A DNA stretch of 64,000 nt from an uncultured virus (IMG/VR IMGVR_UViG_3300017655_000263) (taxonomy: Duplodnaviria > Heunggongvirae > Uroviricota > Caudoviricetes): positions 1 to 64,000 of IMG/VR virus record IMGVR_UViG_3300017655_000263. One strand, written 5' to 3'. This document shows, in pieces, positions 49,450 through 60,554 of this stretch (positions within the stretch are counted from its first letter, which is position 1; each line of letters starts with the position of its first letter). The translations under genes and the position numbers were made by a program. The notes beneath the pieces were generated by a model that was not told the origin of the DNA, did not search any database, and was given only the letters and a program-made list of their open reading frames with translations.

Positions 49450-49869
49450 CTAAGCGAAGTGACTGACGACAACGACGGTCTGTTCGACCATCACGCCGTC
49501 CGCGTTCACGTAGCTGTTGTCCTTCTCCTTGCCGACGACGGTGATTGTCTCTCCGCGACGCACGAGGTCTCGGGCAAGCTCTGCCGGTGATCCCCACGCT
49601 TGGATGTTGTGCCATACCGCATCAGCTCCTTGACCAACTCGAAGACCAGCGGTCCAAAGGCTCCTGCCTCTTGGTTGCTGGAATCTTGGTCGGCCTACAA
49701 CACCAGTGAGCGAAATCTCTCCTTTACCAACTACAGGTGCAGGTGGTGGAGTCGGCTCGTCTGGTGGTGAATCTGAAGGTGTGTCATCACCTACGAATTC
49801 CAGGGTATCGACCAGCAACGTCATCTCAGTGAGATGTTGTCTAAGCTGCTGGATGATCTCGTCTTGCAT
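49450..49869 (-). CDS. SSB-like OB-fold protein
   Basis: ISLTGVVGRP...WHNIQAWG..AE......RRG..ITVVG. Confidence 0.7.
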   Translation of the reverse strand: MQDEIIQQLRQHLTEMTLLVDTLEFVGDDTPSDSPPDEPTPPPAPVVGKGEISLTGVVGRPRFQQPRGRSLWTAGLRVGQGADAVWHNIQAWGSPAELARDLVRRGETITVVGKEKDNSYVNADGVMVEQTVVVVSHFA

Positions 49870-50552
49870 GGATCCTGTCTCCTAACAGCGAGTTGGCGAA
49901 GGGGTCGGGACAAAGCCCGGCTGCCCACAACACCAATGCGTGTCGAGCGGCGGTTACCACCATTCGACGTTCCAGCGTCATGCCGAGTGCCTTTTCAATC
50001 GCGTCAGCGACTTCAAAAGCCTGAGAAGGAGTGACTCCCTCCTTGAGATCCAACATGACCGGGCGGCGGGCCTTCAGTTGCTGAATAGCCTGCTCGTACA
50101 TGTCAGCGTCTCCTTTCTGGTATGGAGAAAGGGCAACCGGGGCGATCCGCCACACAGTTACCCTTTAGCCAGGCACTATTCAGTAGTTCAGTCAGCCAAC
50201 CGCGCGGTATTGGCATCAGACTGGTCACCACCGACAGCTAAAGCTTTTCCTCGCCCCTACCGGGCGCATCGACCTTGGCGGTCGTCCATCCGGTTTAGTG
50301 AGGGAGGTTTGCTCTCGATTCAGGAAGCGGAGTGATAGACTCCGCGGATTCGCTGGTGTCACTGGCCAGACCGAGGGACTCCAGGTGTTTGAGGAATAGA
50401 CTTCGCTCCCACCAGGTGTTCATGTCATAGGTGATAGAGCGTTGGCCAGTCTGAGGGTCTTCCAGAATCGAACAGCGAAAGCCGTAGCGATCCTTACCGA
50501 ACCCAACGAACGTAAAACTTGAGTCTTTCGCAGGCATGGCAAAACCCTCCTG

Positions 50553-50606
50553 GATGTTTAGACATCTAGAAGCTTAAACATCTTGACATCTAAACATCTA
50601 GACATC
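50553..50606. repeat. Tandem 8-bp repeat array T(A/T)(G/A)ACATC
   Basis: tagacatc-tagaagct-taaacatc-ttgacatc-taaacatc-tagacatc plus an inverted gatgttta copy. Confidence 0.8.
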
Positions 50607-51085
50607 ATAGAATATGAGGTTGTGAAGGGACGATTAGAGAGGGATTAAGCTCTCACGCCCCAAAGCAGAGGCTGGTCTGTCGACCTGGTACAACCAGGGG
50701 ACATCCAGCGGCAGGCACATGCTCAGGGGAGCGAAAGTTCAAACCGTTTTTGCCTATGGACCTACCCTTAGATCCCGCATCCATCAGACATTGCTGTGTT
50801 CACCGGTACTGCTGATTGCGGTCGGCCTGGGAACAAAAAAGAGCTCCCGGCAGTACTCGGAAGCTCTTGTCTGGCTTGAAGCGATTGTGTTTCAAAACGC
50901 TGGCCGGGTACTGCATGGCTGTATGCATTATATCAAGCAGTTGGCTAGGATTCTGGGCCCTCTCGCCAACCCCGAACCTGGTGTCTCAAGTCGCCTGGTG
51001 GAATAAACCACCGGACGACTGAGTGATCGGGAGACACCCCGGTCGCTCGGTTCACTTTTTGAGGTTGGCGAGAACGTTCAAACAC

Positions 51086-51590
51086 TGAAAGATGGAGAGG
51101 AATTGCCCCGAGGGACTTAGCTCCTCGGCTTGTTGCCCTAGGTGCTCACCAGAACGCCCACCGGTTGCGATGGCGGTAGCGAACCGCCTCACCGGAGTGT
51201 TGTCTAGCGACAACTCTCACTCCATCTTTCAAAATTCGGGCCAGGATGTTTCGAGCGTGTGTCGATCGCTTCCGCGGTTCCTCCCCCAGACCTCCGAAGT
51301 CTGTTTTACCCTCTGCACACGCGCATATGAGGTGGGTTTTCTTGAGTTACCTGGCTCGAATCTGGAGAGGCGTCCGGACGGCCCAACACCCTTTGACGAA
51401 GGTGAGCACTATCCCCTCCAGAGTCCAACCAGCGAACCAGTAGGCAGCCGCCGAAGCTAATCCGCCACATCCCCGCCATGAAGGCAGGTTGCTGGCTCAT
51501 CATGTCCGCTTCCCCGATCAAGGGTTCTAGGCAAGCCCGACACAGACATGGAAAATCTCGTCGGAGAGGTGCCGTTTTGACGGCAGGGAG
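51086..51590. ncRNA. Array of multi-branched structured RNA modules (candidate)
   Basis: Back-to-back closing stems: tgaaagatggag/ctccatctttca, attcgggccagg/cctggctcgaat, tctggag/ctccaga, ccagc..acc/ggttgctgg and catgtc/gacatg; no convincing ORF. Confidence 0.5.
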
Positions 51591-52884
51591 TTTTTACGTC
51601 TTAGGCAACAACCCCACGGAGTACGACCATCTCGTACCAAAACACACAACAGACCTAACACTGTGCCGTGATGACTGTGGAAGCTCTCTGGCTTCAATCC
51701 CCTCCGCTGTGCTTGCCGGCTTGGTGGAGTCCGAACAAACACAGCGCAAGAGACTGACTACTCCGTGTTCCACTCCAGTGGCGACTCTTCGTCCACAAAA
51801 TACTGATTGATTCTGCTTGGATGAAAGCCATAGGCGATGAGTAGACCGACGAAAACCTGAAGCACTTTAGCGACAGTCGCTCCGTCACTAATAGTGTGGC
51901 TCATTGATTCGTTGTTGCCCCCAATCGTGATTTTCATTCCCCTCCTCCGGACAACTCCAGTTCCGTTCCCCGCAATGCTTACATTGGTCACAGAATCGAT
52001 TGATGGGCCATTCCCACCACCGGTGACACTTCCTGCAATCTAGTCGTATTGTTTGTTCCATACCTTACTTATACGCCCCCGAATATAATATGTCAATACA
52101 TAGAAACCCCCGACCTGGATGAACCAAGCCGGGGTACATGTCTCTCTACTGGTGAAAATCGATTACCACCAGGTACTTGCGACCGATGAAATCAGGACTC
52201 ACTACATCTCCCTGGAAGTCAACACAATCGGTGTCAGCCAACGTTCTGCCCTCCCATTGCTTGAGGTGGTCGTGATAGAGCTGTGGCGTGATGAGCATAG
52301 CGTCATCATCTGAGCCACCTTCCACGTAGCCAGTCTCATCATCCCTTCCTATCAGGTAGCCAGAGAACCAACCCCCGACGGAAAAGTAGTCTGCAAGGGG
52401 CGACACGATCGAGAACAGACATCCGTCCACTCCCCCACCTATAAAGGAAGGGTCATTTTCCAGGCGAACCGTCACCTCTTCACGCACCGCGGCCGACGTT
52501 GTACTCTCCGAAGTCGTTGTAATGAGCAATAGATAATGTCCCATAACTCACCTCCGCTTCGATCGGCGCAGAAAGCCCTGATCAATCGGATTACCGGAAT
52601 ACGCCTCAATCCAGACCAACACACCAGCACCAGAATGACTAATCACCTGGGCCCTGGATAGTGTCTCTCCAGAGGACTTACCAATCTGGTCGAGCAAACG
52701 TGCCGCCAGTTCCGGGGTAAGTTCCTGGTTGTAGCCAAAGAACACTCGCTCTCCGGCTTTCAAACGGTCGACGAGATTCTGTCGCTCCTCTGCAGTCATC
52801 TCCTGCTTCCTTTCACTAAGCTCACCAGCCAATCTGATGAACTTGGTAAAAGAAGGGAGCGAGTGGTTGACCCGCTCCCGATGA

Positions 52885-53721
52885 CTAGGCGGCGATTGAT
52901 TGCTCCTGTGATGGAGCTTCAATCTCCAGCCAGCCGGATATCTTCCGCACAGCCAGGTGAATCTCACTCAGGCTCTCATGCAGAGCTTCGACGGTTCCGT
53001 TGTAGGCAATGATGTAATCCCTGCTGAAGGGGTTATCGAGGCCGAAGAGTTTGGCAAGCAGGTAACTTGTGGCTTCCGCGCACAACTCTCTCTGTTGCTT
53101 GGAGGTCTCCTCATGCCGCTCTGAATGCTTGAGTACGATATGGGCCGCTTCATGGAGGAGGCAAAGGAACTTCTCACTGTCAGACAGATTCCTGTTGATA
53201 GTGATTTTGTCGCCTGAAGCCATACCATGAATAGTTGAGGGCAGGTCATCCTCAATGACCAGGACTCCCTGGACACCGATTCCTACCCGGGCCATGGTGT
53301 ACAGACCATCGTAGTCACCCTCCAGTGGATGGGTAAACGACGGAATCTCTACATCGCCTTCGAGCTGAGACACATCAAAGATTGGCAAGGCAAGCCAGCC
53401 AATCAGACGGTTCTCAACCTCTCCAGTCTCTGGATCCGTGACATCCTTGAAGTACGGACCCCGAACCCATACAGCAGACTCACCTTTTCGCACCTGGTAG
53501 CCGAGCTTCTCCCACTGCCTGAAACCAGCACACAATGATGCATCAGGTCGCTGCATCAGGATCAACATGACGTTACCTGGGGAGTACTTGCGGAACCGAC
53601 TATAAAATTCTAAGAGGCGTAAAAACCCCTCGGTATGGCCTTCATTGAGCTGTTGTTCCAGCTCAGTGATAGCCTCGGAAAGCTGCTCCTGTAGCTGATC
53701 GCCACGCTCGCGCCTGTTCAC
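52885..53721 (-). CDS. ArdC-like ssDNA-binding protein with metallopeptidase-like domain
   Basis: FRKYSPGNVMLI..QRP.AS..AGFRQWEKLGYQVRKGE...FDVSQ; LLHEAAH...E..AE. Confidence 0.85.
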   Translation of the reverse strand: MNRRERGDQLQEQLSEAITELEQQLNEGHTEGFLRLLEFYSRFRKYSPGNVMLILMQRPDASLCAGFRQWEKLGYQVRKGESAVWVRGPYFKDVTDPETGEVENRLIGWLALPIFDVSQLEGDVEIPSFTHPLEGDYDGLYTMARVGIGVQGVLVIEDDLPSTIHGMASGDKITINRNLSDSEKFLCLLHEAAHIVLKHSERHEETSKQQRELCAEATSYLLAKLFGLDNPFSRDYIIAYNGTVEALHESLSEIHLAVRKISGWLEIEAPSQEQSIAA

Positions 53722-55253
53722 GTCTTTTCTCCCTTACTAGCCTTGGCTGTCCCGCACGATTGCGAAACACCTTCAGACCAACAAGGAGAGGAAGTTAGAC
53801 AGGCAGTTATTCATCGGCTGTATCAGCGGCGAGTTTATCGAAGTAGCCCAAGCACAATCTGAATGATGAACCAAGCCCCGGCCAGAAGCACTGTGGCGAC
53901 AAGGCAGGTGAAGAGGGCGAGGTCAGGCTTAGACATTTGGATCCTCGATCATTCCATGCCTTTCCATCTCAAGCCACTCTTCCTTTGAGAAGAATCTTTT
54001 ATCAAGGTTGGGTGTGCAGCCACATATCGAACAAACTCCATTTACAACGGTGTGGCTGCCGCATTTGGTGGGTGAAGAGGAGGCAGCTTTGGTTTCCTGA
54101 CCTCCTTCTATAGCTTTGATAAGGGCTTGTTCGTATTCCGATATGCCACTGTTCCTCCCAGCTGCCATATCAATCATTCTTGGGCCGTCTGAAATATGGT
54201 TGACAACCGGGTCTGGCTTCACACTCTTCACCAACTCAATCATCTGGGCCTTGGCTTTATCCTTCTGGGTGTAGTGAATATGGGGAGTCGTGTTTCTTGG
54301 TCTTATGCCTGTAGTTACGTCCCAGCCAAAATCATCTAGTATTTCATCCACACGCTGGGTTTTAATTCCCTCGAATTCGGGGGTTTTAGTTTTGGTGGTG
54401 ACATTAATGTCCTTAGCGAACTCATCTAGGGCTTTGTGGCAATTGCTTATCGGAGATGGGGGATATATTCGAGCCATTATTTCGCCTCCTTCTCTTGGTT
54501 CCACTTGGGCGACTGGCACTTTCGGTTAGGACATTGGGATACAAACCTCTTACGAGGATTCCACTGGTGGCCGCATTGCTGGCAGGTTAGTTTTGTAATT
54601 TCAATTGGTTTATTCATGATTATTGGAGTCAATATATTTTTAGGCAGGGCAGTTTATAGACCTGCCCAGGTCTTGATTATTAAGCCCTGGCGTACCCAAC
54701 ACCTATTGCCGGGTTATCGTTATCCCAGTAGTCATTAGGGTTATTGAAGTCGAAACTATCTGCCTCAACTTCCCATACATCTAACCAAAGATTATCTTCT
54801 GAATCATAGAACCTACCATCAAGATTATCTGTTAGCCAAATACCATTCTCTAGCTCTATCTTGTTCTGTTGATGAGATTCTTTTAACTTCACTACCACTT
54901 CAGGCTGGACCTGTTCAGCCTCTGTATCGCTTACTTGGATAATTAGGATTTTGTTGCTCATAGTTTTAATGCCTTTCTATGAAATATTTATTAATTATTT
55001 AACCTAAATTTAGTATATGACATATCATAATATATGTCAATAGGGCAATTTCTCATATATAAAACCCCATTAATTTTCCCCTCACCACAGCAATAGTTCC
55101 GCCCCAAATGCCTATATGATGCTCCAACAGCATAAAAGAATAGGGACGCCTCAACACGAGAGACGCCCCTTGACACTAGGCTGCTTGGGCCTCCTCATCA
55201 AGCTCCAACCACCCGTAGATGGTCTGCGCACCTCTCGATAAGGCGAGACTGGT

Positions 55254-55670
55254 TCACTTGGGGTTCAGTTCAAGCCAAAGGAGGGCTGCGGCTTCGACAA
55301 TGTTGTCTCTGGACTCTTGGGGACAACTCATCGGCTCTTCTAGCTGCCTTTCAGAATTAGCAATTCTCAAAGTCCAATCGGTGTCGATTACGTCCCAAAA
55401 AACGCTTAGGTCAAAGCCGGACCAACCGTTATCCCATTCGTCAAGATGAGCGTAGGGCTTCAACTGATCCAGAATCTCGGTCAGGATGGGGGCGGCACAC
55501 TGAGGACGGAGCGGTCGTATGGAACCATCAGTCAACATGTTGAAGTCTGTACGCAATACCCAGGTTCCAGGACGACTCAAGGGATCTATCCACTTGAAGG
55601 TACAGTGTTGAGGGAAACCAGCTTCTTTCAGCTTCTGGCACGTCTCTAGGGTTGGTACATGGTTTTTCAT
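55254..55670 (-). CDS. Conserved phage hypothetical protein
   Basis: TLETCQKLKEAGFPQ...APILTEILDQL...VEAAALLWLEL; similar layout to 62803-63204. Confidence 0.6.
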   Translation of the reverse strand: MKNHVPTLETCQKLKEAGFPQHCTFKWIDPLSRPGTWVLRTDFNMLTDGSIRPLRPQCAAPILTEILDQLKPYAHLDEWDNGWSGFDLSVFWDVIDTDWTLRIANSERQLEEPMSCPQESRDNIVEAAALLWLELNPK

Positions 55671-56355
55671 AGTAAGTAGGGTGGGGAGTCGCTTAGCGGT
55701 GGACTCCCCAATAACCGTTTGTCTCTACTTCTTGTCGCCCCAAAGCCTCTGAGCTTGCTTTATCACATCAATGCGATCTTCCAGCTCGTACTCTCGCTCC
55801 TGGATATCGGCCAAGGTTGGCGTCAGATCTTGTTGCAGGGCTTGGAGGTCCTTATCGAGTCGCTGCATAATGCGGATGGACTCGTTCAGGTTGGCACGGA
55901 TCTTACCCAGTCGAAGGACTGCTCGCTCTTGGTTGAGCATGTCAATAGTCCTCCGCAAATAAAATCGTGATCGCCACACCATCCTCTAAAACCCAGACCT
56001 GCCTGCCGTGGAAGTCGAATGTGTACATTCGCTCTTCTTCAGGCAATTCCTCAGCGGTCAGAATCCACTCCAGCCAACCATCCCAAACCTTTTGCAGGTC
56101 AGCATGAGTCAAGCTTTCCGCAATAGCTGCGGTCATCACCAGTCGCTTGGGTGGATGGGAGTTGTAACAGCGGTTATCGAACGGCTCCTGCAACACACCA
56201 TCGGCCAACGCCTGGTCTACCGAATACGAATGGATAACAAAATCCCAGTCTCCGTTTTGCTTGTCGCTCACGGATAGCTCCTAGCCTCTCTCGCTACTCA
56301 GAAAATGGTCTGAGCACCGATGAAGCCAGGAGGGATAACTAGGATCTAGTCATTT

Positions 56356-56928
56356 TCAGCTTCCGAAATTCAGCCCCTTGGTGGGCAATAGTCGGCCGCG
56401 GAGCATGGTATTTAGCTCCTCAATTACCCTGTCTCGAACTAATTCATCTTCCTTGATATAGGCCAAGGTCATATGCGCTTTATAGCCCGGGAAAGTGTTG
56501 ATGTGGGGGAGGAACTTCAGACGCTCGTTACACTCCTGGAGTTCCGGGGTGATAACAAGGTGGGCGACGATACAGTAGTAGGGTTCGTCTGCCTTGGGAC
56601 TATCAAAATAGCCAACCTCGTCGATTTGCACGGTGGGCGGACACACATTGCCGCTATTGAGCACCTGCAATATGTGCTTCTGCATCTCGGGACCACTTCG
56701 CAATAGGCCATAGAGCAAGGTTACGTGTGGTTCTCCAGCAACTATTCCCGTGGCATAGCTGGCCGGATCTTCATCAACATAGACCTCCTCCGGCTTGATG
56801 GCCTCGCTGACTCGCTTCCCCAGGTCTTCCGGGTCGATATCAAGCATGATGCAGCCGAGTCGGCCGATGTCATAACCCAAATTCTCATACATCGATATGA
56901 ATTGATACGCACTGATTTGTTTCTCCAT
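56356..56928 (-). CDS. 2H phosphodiesterase, Acb1/T4 gp57B-like
   Basis: Two HxT motifs, PHVTLLYG and FPGYKAHMTLAY; SD AAGGAGG. Confidence 0.8.
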   Translation of the reverse strand: MEKQISAYQFISMYENLGYDIGRLGCIMLDIDPEDLGKRVSEAIKPEEVYVDEDPASYATGIVAGEPHVTLLYGLLRSGPEMQKHILQVLNSGNVCPPTVQIDEVGYFDSPKADEPYYCIVAHLVITPELQECNERLKFLPHINTFPGYKAHMTLAYIKEDELVRDRVIEELNTMLRGRLLPTKGLNFGS

Positions 56929-57348
56929 CTACCTCCTTGGTGAGTACTTGTCTTTCCGGCTGCCATCTGCTGCCTCCCAGAATCGAGGGACATGAGATGA
57001 ATCCGGATATTTAGTTATCGTCCCGCCAAAATGGTCTTTCGTAGAGGTCGGGATCATATCTCACGTCATGCCGACCACAACCCGAGCATACAAAGAGGTG
57101 AAATCCGCACTCTGGCGTCCACCAAAACCACTTTCTCTTCCCATCAATCTCGCTGTAGTTGTGAGCTCCCTTGAGCTTCTTGCACCACTTGGCCGTGGAT
57201 CGGTTGACCTTGCTTGGCATAGATGTACTGGCAGATTTTTTCTCTCGTTGCTGGACGGCCTTGGGTGTACTCCAATTGATGAGTTTCTTTGACATGATCC
57301 TCCGAAATGGGTTGGGGATAGTTTTCGGCATCCCCTATGCCGTTACCT

Positions 57349-57870
57349 CTATTCTTCAGCAACGACTCCCAATGCAGTAAGAAAGTCACCAATCTGGGAC
57401 TTCTTGATTTTCGTATTGCCTCCTCGACCATAGAACTTGGCTCCACTCAGGTTGGCTCCACTCAGGTTGGCTCCACTCAGGTTGGCTCCACTCAGGTTGG
57501 CCTTACTCAGGTCGGCTTCATACAAGTTGGCTCCATACAGGTCGGCTTCACGCAGGTTGGCTCCACTCAGGTCGGCTCCACTCAGGTCGGCTTCATACAA
57601 GTTGGCTCCATACAGGTCGGCTTCACGCAAGTCGGCTTCACGCAAGTCGGCTTCATACAGGTCGGCTCCATACAGGTTGGCTTTACTGCTCAAGACCGCT
57701 TCTATCACTGTTCTTTTATCCGTCTCGGCCAGAATCGAGCCATCTCTTTTATAGAGGGTTACCCCTTTAGTCTTCTCAGAATCCTTAGCCTGAATATGCC
57801 GCTGCAACTCTTCAATTTTCCTCTTAGCTTCCTCAACACTTAGATCACTGGGTTTTGGTTGTATAAACAT
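57349..57870 (-). CDS. Pentapeptide-repeat protein
   Basis: A(D/N)LxE/G repeats encoded by near-identical 15-nt units. Confidence 0.9.
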   Translation of the reverse strand: MFIQPKPSDLSVEEAKRKIEELQRHIQAKDSEKTKGVTLYKRDGSILAETDKRTVIEAVLSSKANLYGADLYEADLREADLREADLYGANLYEADLSGADLSGANLREADLYGANLYEADLSKANLSGANLSGANLSGANLSGAKFYGRGGNTKIKKSQIGDFLTALGVVAEE

Positions 57871-58302
57871 CTTATGAGTCTCCTAAAGAAATGGAGGAGT
57901 TTAGCGGCACCCCTCAGGCCGTTGTCTCTTAATATGGTGGCATTGCCTCATCCCCAATATCGCCGTTCTGCTCGCTGTAATAGTCGTCATAGCGGCGGTC
58001 GTGGTCATCCTGCTCTTCGTCGTCCAATTCGTCGGTCATTCCAGACCAGTCTTCAGGTTCGTCGTCCCGGTAGTGCTCTTCCGCTCCGTCAAGCCAAGGC
58101 CTAGACCAGTAAGGGATGCTCATACGTCATCGCCTGCAATTCTCCTGGTATGCTCATCGATCCGGTAGCGGGTATCCCAGCGCAGGAAGCGCCAGATTGC
58201 CTTTAGTCTCTCTCGCAATCGCATAGTCTACTCCTAGCCTTTTGCCTCGATACCCAAAAGGTTGAGTACCGAAGTAGGGGCCAGGAGTCGTCATGTGGAG
58301 CA

Positions 58303-58509
58303 CTACTTCCTGGATTTAGCAGCGATAACCACAATCCCAATAATCAGAGCAACTAGAAGGACAACGATTAGGCCGCCGTAAAGAGGCAGCAGGACTAACC
58401 ACCAGGGCCAGTCAATATACCCAGTCAGCTTTAGTCCAATAAATAGAACACCTAATAGTGTAAGTAGACCTGGGCCTCCGTAAGATAGCCCTGACTTAGA
58501 TTCACCCAT
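58303..58509 (-). CDS. Small phage membrane protein
   Basis: LFIGLKLTGYIDWPWWLVLLPL, a common phage TM family. Confidence 0.7.
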   Translation of the reverse strand: MGESKSGLSYGGPGLLTLLGVLFIGLKLTGYIDWPWWLVLLPLYGGLIVVLLVALIIGIVVIAAKSRK

Positions 58510-58563
58510 ATACCTCCTGTGTAATATCTTCCTTATACGCTCATATTTACATTATGTCAATAT

Positions 58564-59094
58564 CTAATCACCTTGCAGGATGCACAATATCTTCTTGTAC
58601 GCTTCCTCGACCCGTTCCTGATGAAAAACAATATTCCTGATAAATTCATCATCATAGATGCTCTTGGAGTAATAGGAGACATCTAACGAGTATTTGGACT
58701 TCACCCCAGGGAAGAATCTCCTATATAATAACTGGGTTATCCATTCACACTCGAACTCTTTTCTCATCTCGGATATTTCACTATTCGACACTCTGTTATG
58801 ACCAAGCACGAAGTGACTCAACTCATGAAAAAGAGTCCAGGCTCTACTTTCGGCAGATACATTCTTACTAATCAGAATCGTCTCTGTAAGTATCGTTCTC
58901 TGTCCATTTGAATCCTCCTTGAATAAGGCGCTTACTGTACCGCTGGGCTTTGTAGGTGGAATGTCTGTCAATCTCACAGGGATATTTGCCTGTTTAAGTA
59001 GAGGTTCCCACTTATCCCAGAGAAGTCGCGCTCTGATATCTACATGGTCTTCTGCAATTGAACTCGCGCACATTTCTGGCACATCCTTATTCAC
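58564..59094 (-). CDS. ImmA/IrrE-like metallopeptidase (start uncertain)
   Basis: R.WTLFHELSHFVLGH...E.EC. Confidence 0.7.
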   Translation of the reverse strand: MNKDVPEMCASSIAEDHVDIRARLLWDKWEPLLKQANIPVRLTDIPPTKPSGTVSALFKEDSNGQRTILTETILISKNVSAESRAWTLFHELSHFVLGHNRVSNSEISEMRKEFECEWITQLLYRRFFPGVKSKYSLDVSYYSKSIYDDEFIRNIVFHQERVEEAYKKILCILQGD

Positions 59095-59130
59095 AATGGG
59101 TTCAAGGGATCTCCTTGCTGGAGTATACGG

Positions 59131-59166
59131 AAAGAAAGAAGGGGCGTCTCGAGTGGAAACGCCCCT
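59131..59166 (-). terminator. Intrinsic terminator after the J-domain gene
   Basis: GGGGCGUUUC...GAGACGCCCC stem followed by UUCUUUCUUU on the minus strand. Confidence 0.65.
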
Positions 59167-59170
59167 GTGT

Positions 59171-59752
59171 TTAATAAGAAGTCTTGGCCTCGTTATAAGC
59201 CTCAACCACAAGCTTGAACATGTGGGTGTTGCCACCCTTGTCGGGGTGGTAAATCTTCACCATGCGTCGATATGCCGACTCAATCTCGTCCAGCGTTGCT
59301 TCGGGTGACACATCCAGGATGGTCCACCATCCGCTAGAGACTGAACTACTATCTCCGGGAGGAAGAGCAGCAAAGCCGCGGAAAGCAGCGTCGACCATCT
59401 CTTTGGCCCCCCAACGATCCAACCCTCGTAAAGCCCCTACAGTTAACTCAAGAGCGTGGACATTGTCCTCAAGAAAAACCCACTTATCACAAGGCAGGCA
59501 CCGTTGCTCACCATGAAGAGTGAAATAAACAGCGACACCGGTGTCGTGGATTTTTGGCTGTCTGGCAGAGATTTCGCCGTTCTTATTCAGAGCGGCATTA
59601 GAGCTAATGATAATGTCACTCGCTCCAAGTCGTTCGAGTTCTCGGGTCAGACCATTCCTGGCCTGGACCAATCCAGTTTGAAACTTGGAATATTGGGGAT
59701 TCTGCTCCCGTGGCCAACCATCCGGCCACTGCAAGGGATAAGCTTCAGTCAC
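59171..59752 (-). CDS. Phage J-domain (DnaJ-like) protein
   Basis: AYPLQWP.GWPR N-terminus; C-terminal WW.ILDV...AYR......HPDKGG. Confidence 0.88.
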   Translation of the reverse strand: MTEAYPLQWPDGWPREQNPQYSKFQTGLVQARNGLTRELERLGASDIIISSNAALNKNGEISARQPKIHDTGVAVYFTLHGEQRCLPCDKWVFLEDNVHALELTVGALRGLDRWGAKEMVDAAFRGFAALPPGDSSSVSSGWWTILDVSPEATLDEIESAYRRMVKIYHPDKGGNTHMFKLVVEAYNEAKTSY

Positions 59753-60554
59753 TTGTGACCATCCTTTCTAGAGAGCTAAAAGAGGTTCTCTTTTCTGTTC
59801 TTGGAGTCAAAATAATCCAGGTTGGCTCACTTCTATTTCGGGATGCAAGATCTCTTCGAACAGCTTTTCCAGCGAGAAGATATACAGGCAGGGTACGCCA
59901 CCCACCATTGTCACAGCTACCTGCCGACTCTTGAGCTTGACACTCTCTCCGTTGAACCAGGCATAGTTGCCGACGTTGGCACTGAGGTGAAGTGATCCGA
60001 TACTCATGATGCCCGACGCTGTGTACTCGACCGTATCACCCCTGAGTGCGTATGGACTCAACCAACGCTTTACTTCCTGTTTGGCAATTGTCTCCAAAAT
60101 GCCCATTATCACCCTCCGTATTAGAACCAATCCCGATGACTAGCTCTAGGCGAAGGGTGACGTTAGAACGCCGTATATCCTTTCATCAGAATTAGAGGGA
60201 GAGCAGCCAAGTAGCCACCCTCCCTCACGTCTCTCCACGAGACCCTGCCGGATCAACGGACACGAACCGCATGGTTCAAACAACGCCCGGAGATTCTTGT
60301 CTCCTCTCCGAGTCTCGCAAGAAAACGGAGACCTCCTGGCCCAGCTGGGGGAGCAATGGCCGGAGGTCTCCTCTTGCTCACGAAACCTTCAATCGCTCAT
60401 CGAAGAGCTGGGACGCTTGGAGCATGGATAAGACCCCTTCGCCAAAAGCCAGCCTCTTCGATCAACGATCGAGGCTCAATCCGTCTCAGAAGAACAGGAG
60501 ATGTGAGAAAAATTAGCAAAAACCCACACCTAAAGGCCTGTCCTTCTGGGAAGA

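Noticed and set aside
50719..51810. ORF-track proteins in the 50.7-51.8 kb region (and likewise 60.27-60.91 kb)
   Set aside because: No SD, no motifs and atypical composition; RNA structure explains these regions better.
57437..57682. CRISPR array, and the plus-strand ORFs 57337-57843 and 57437-57754
   Set aside because: The 15-nt units have no spacers and encode pentapeptide repeats on the minus strand; the plus-strand frames are shadows.
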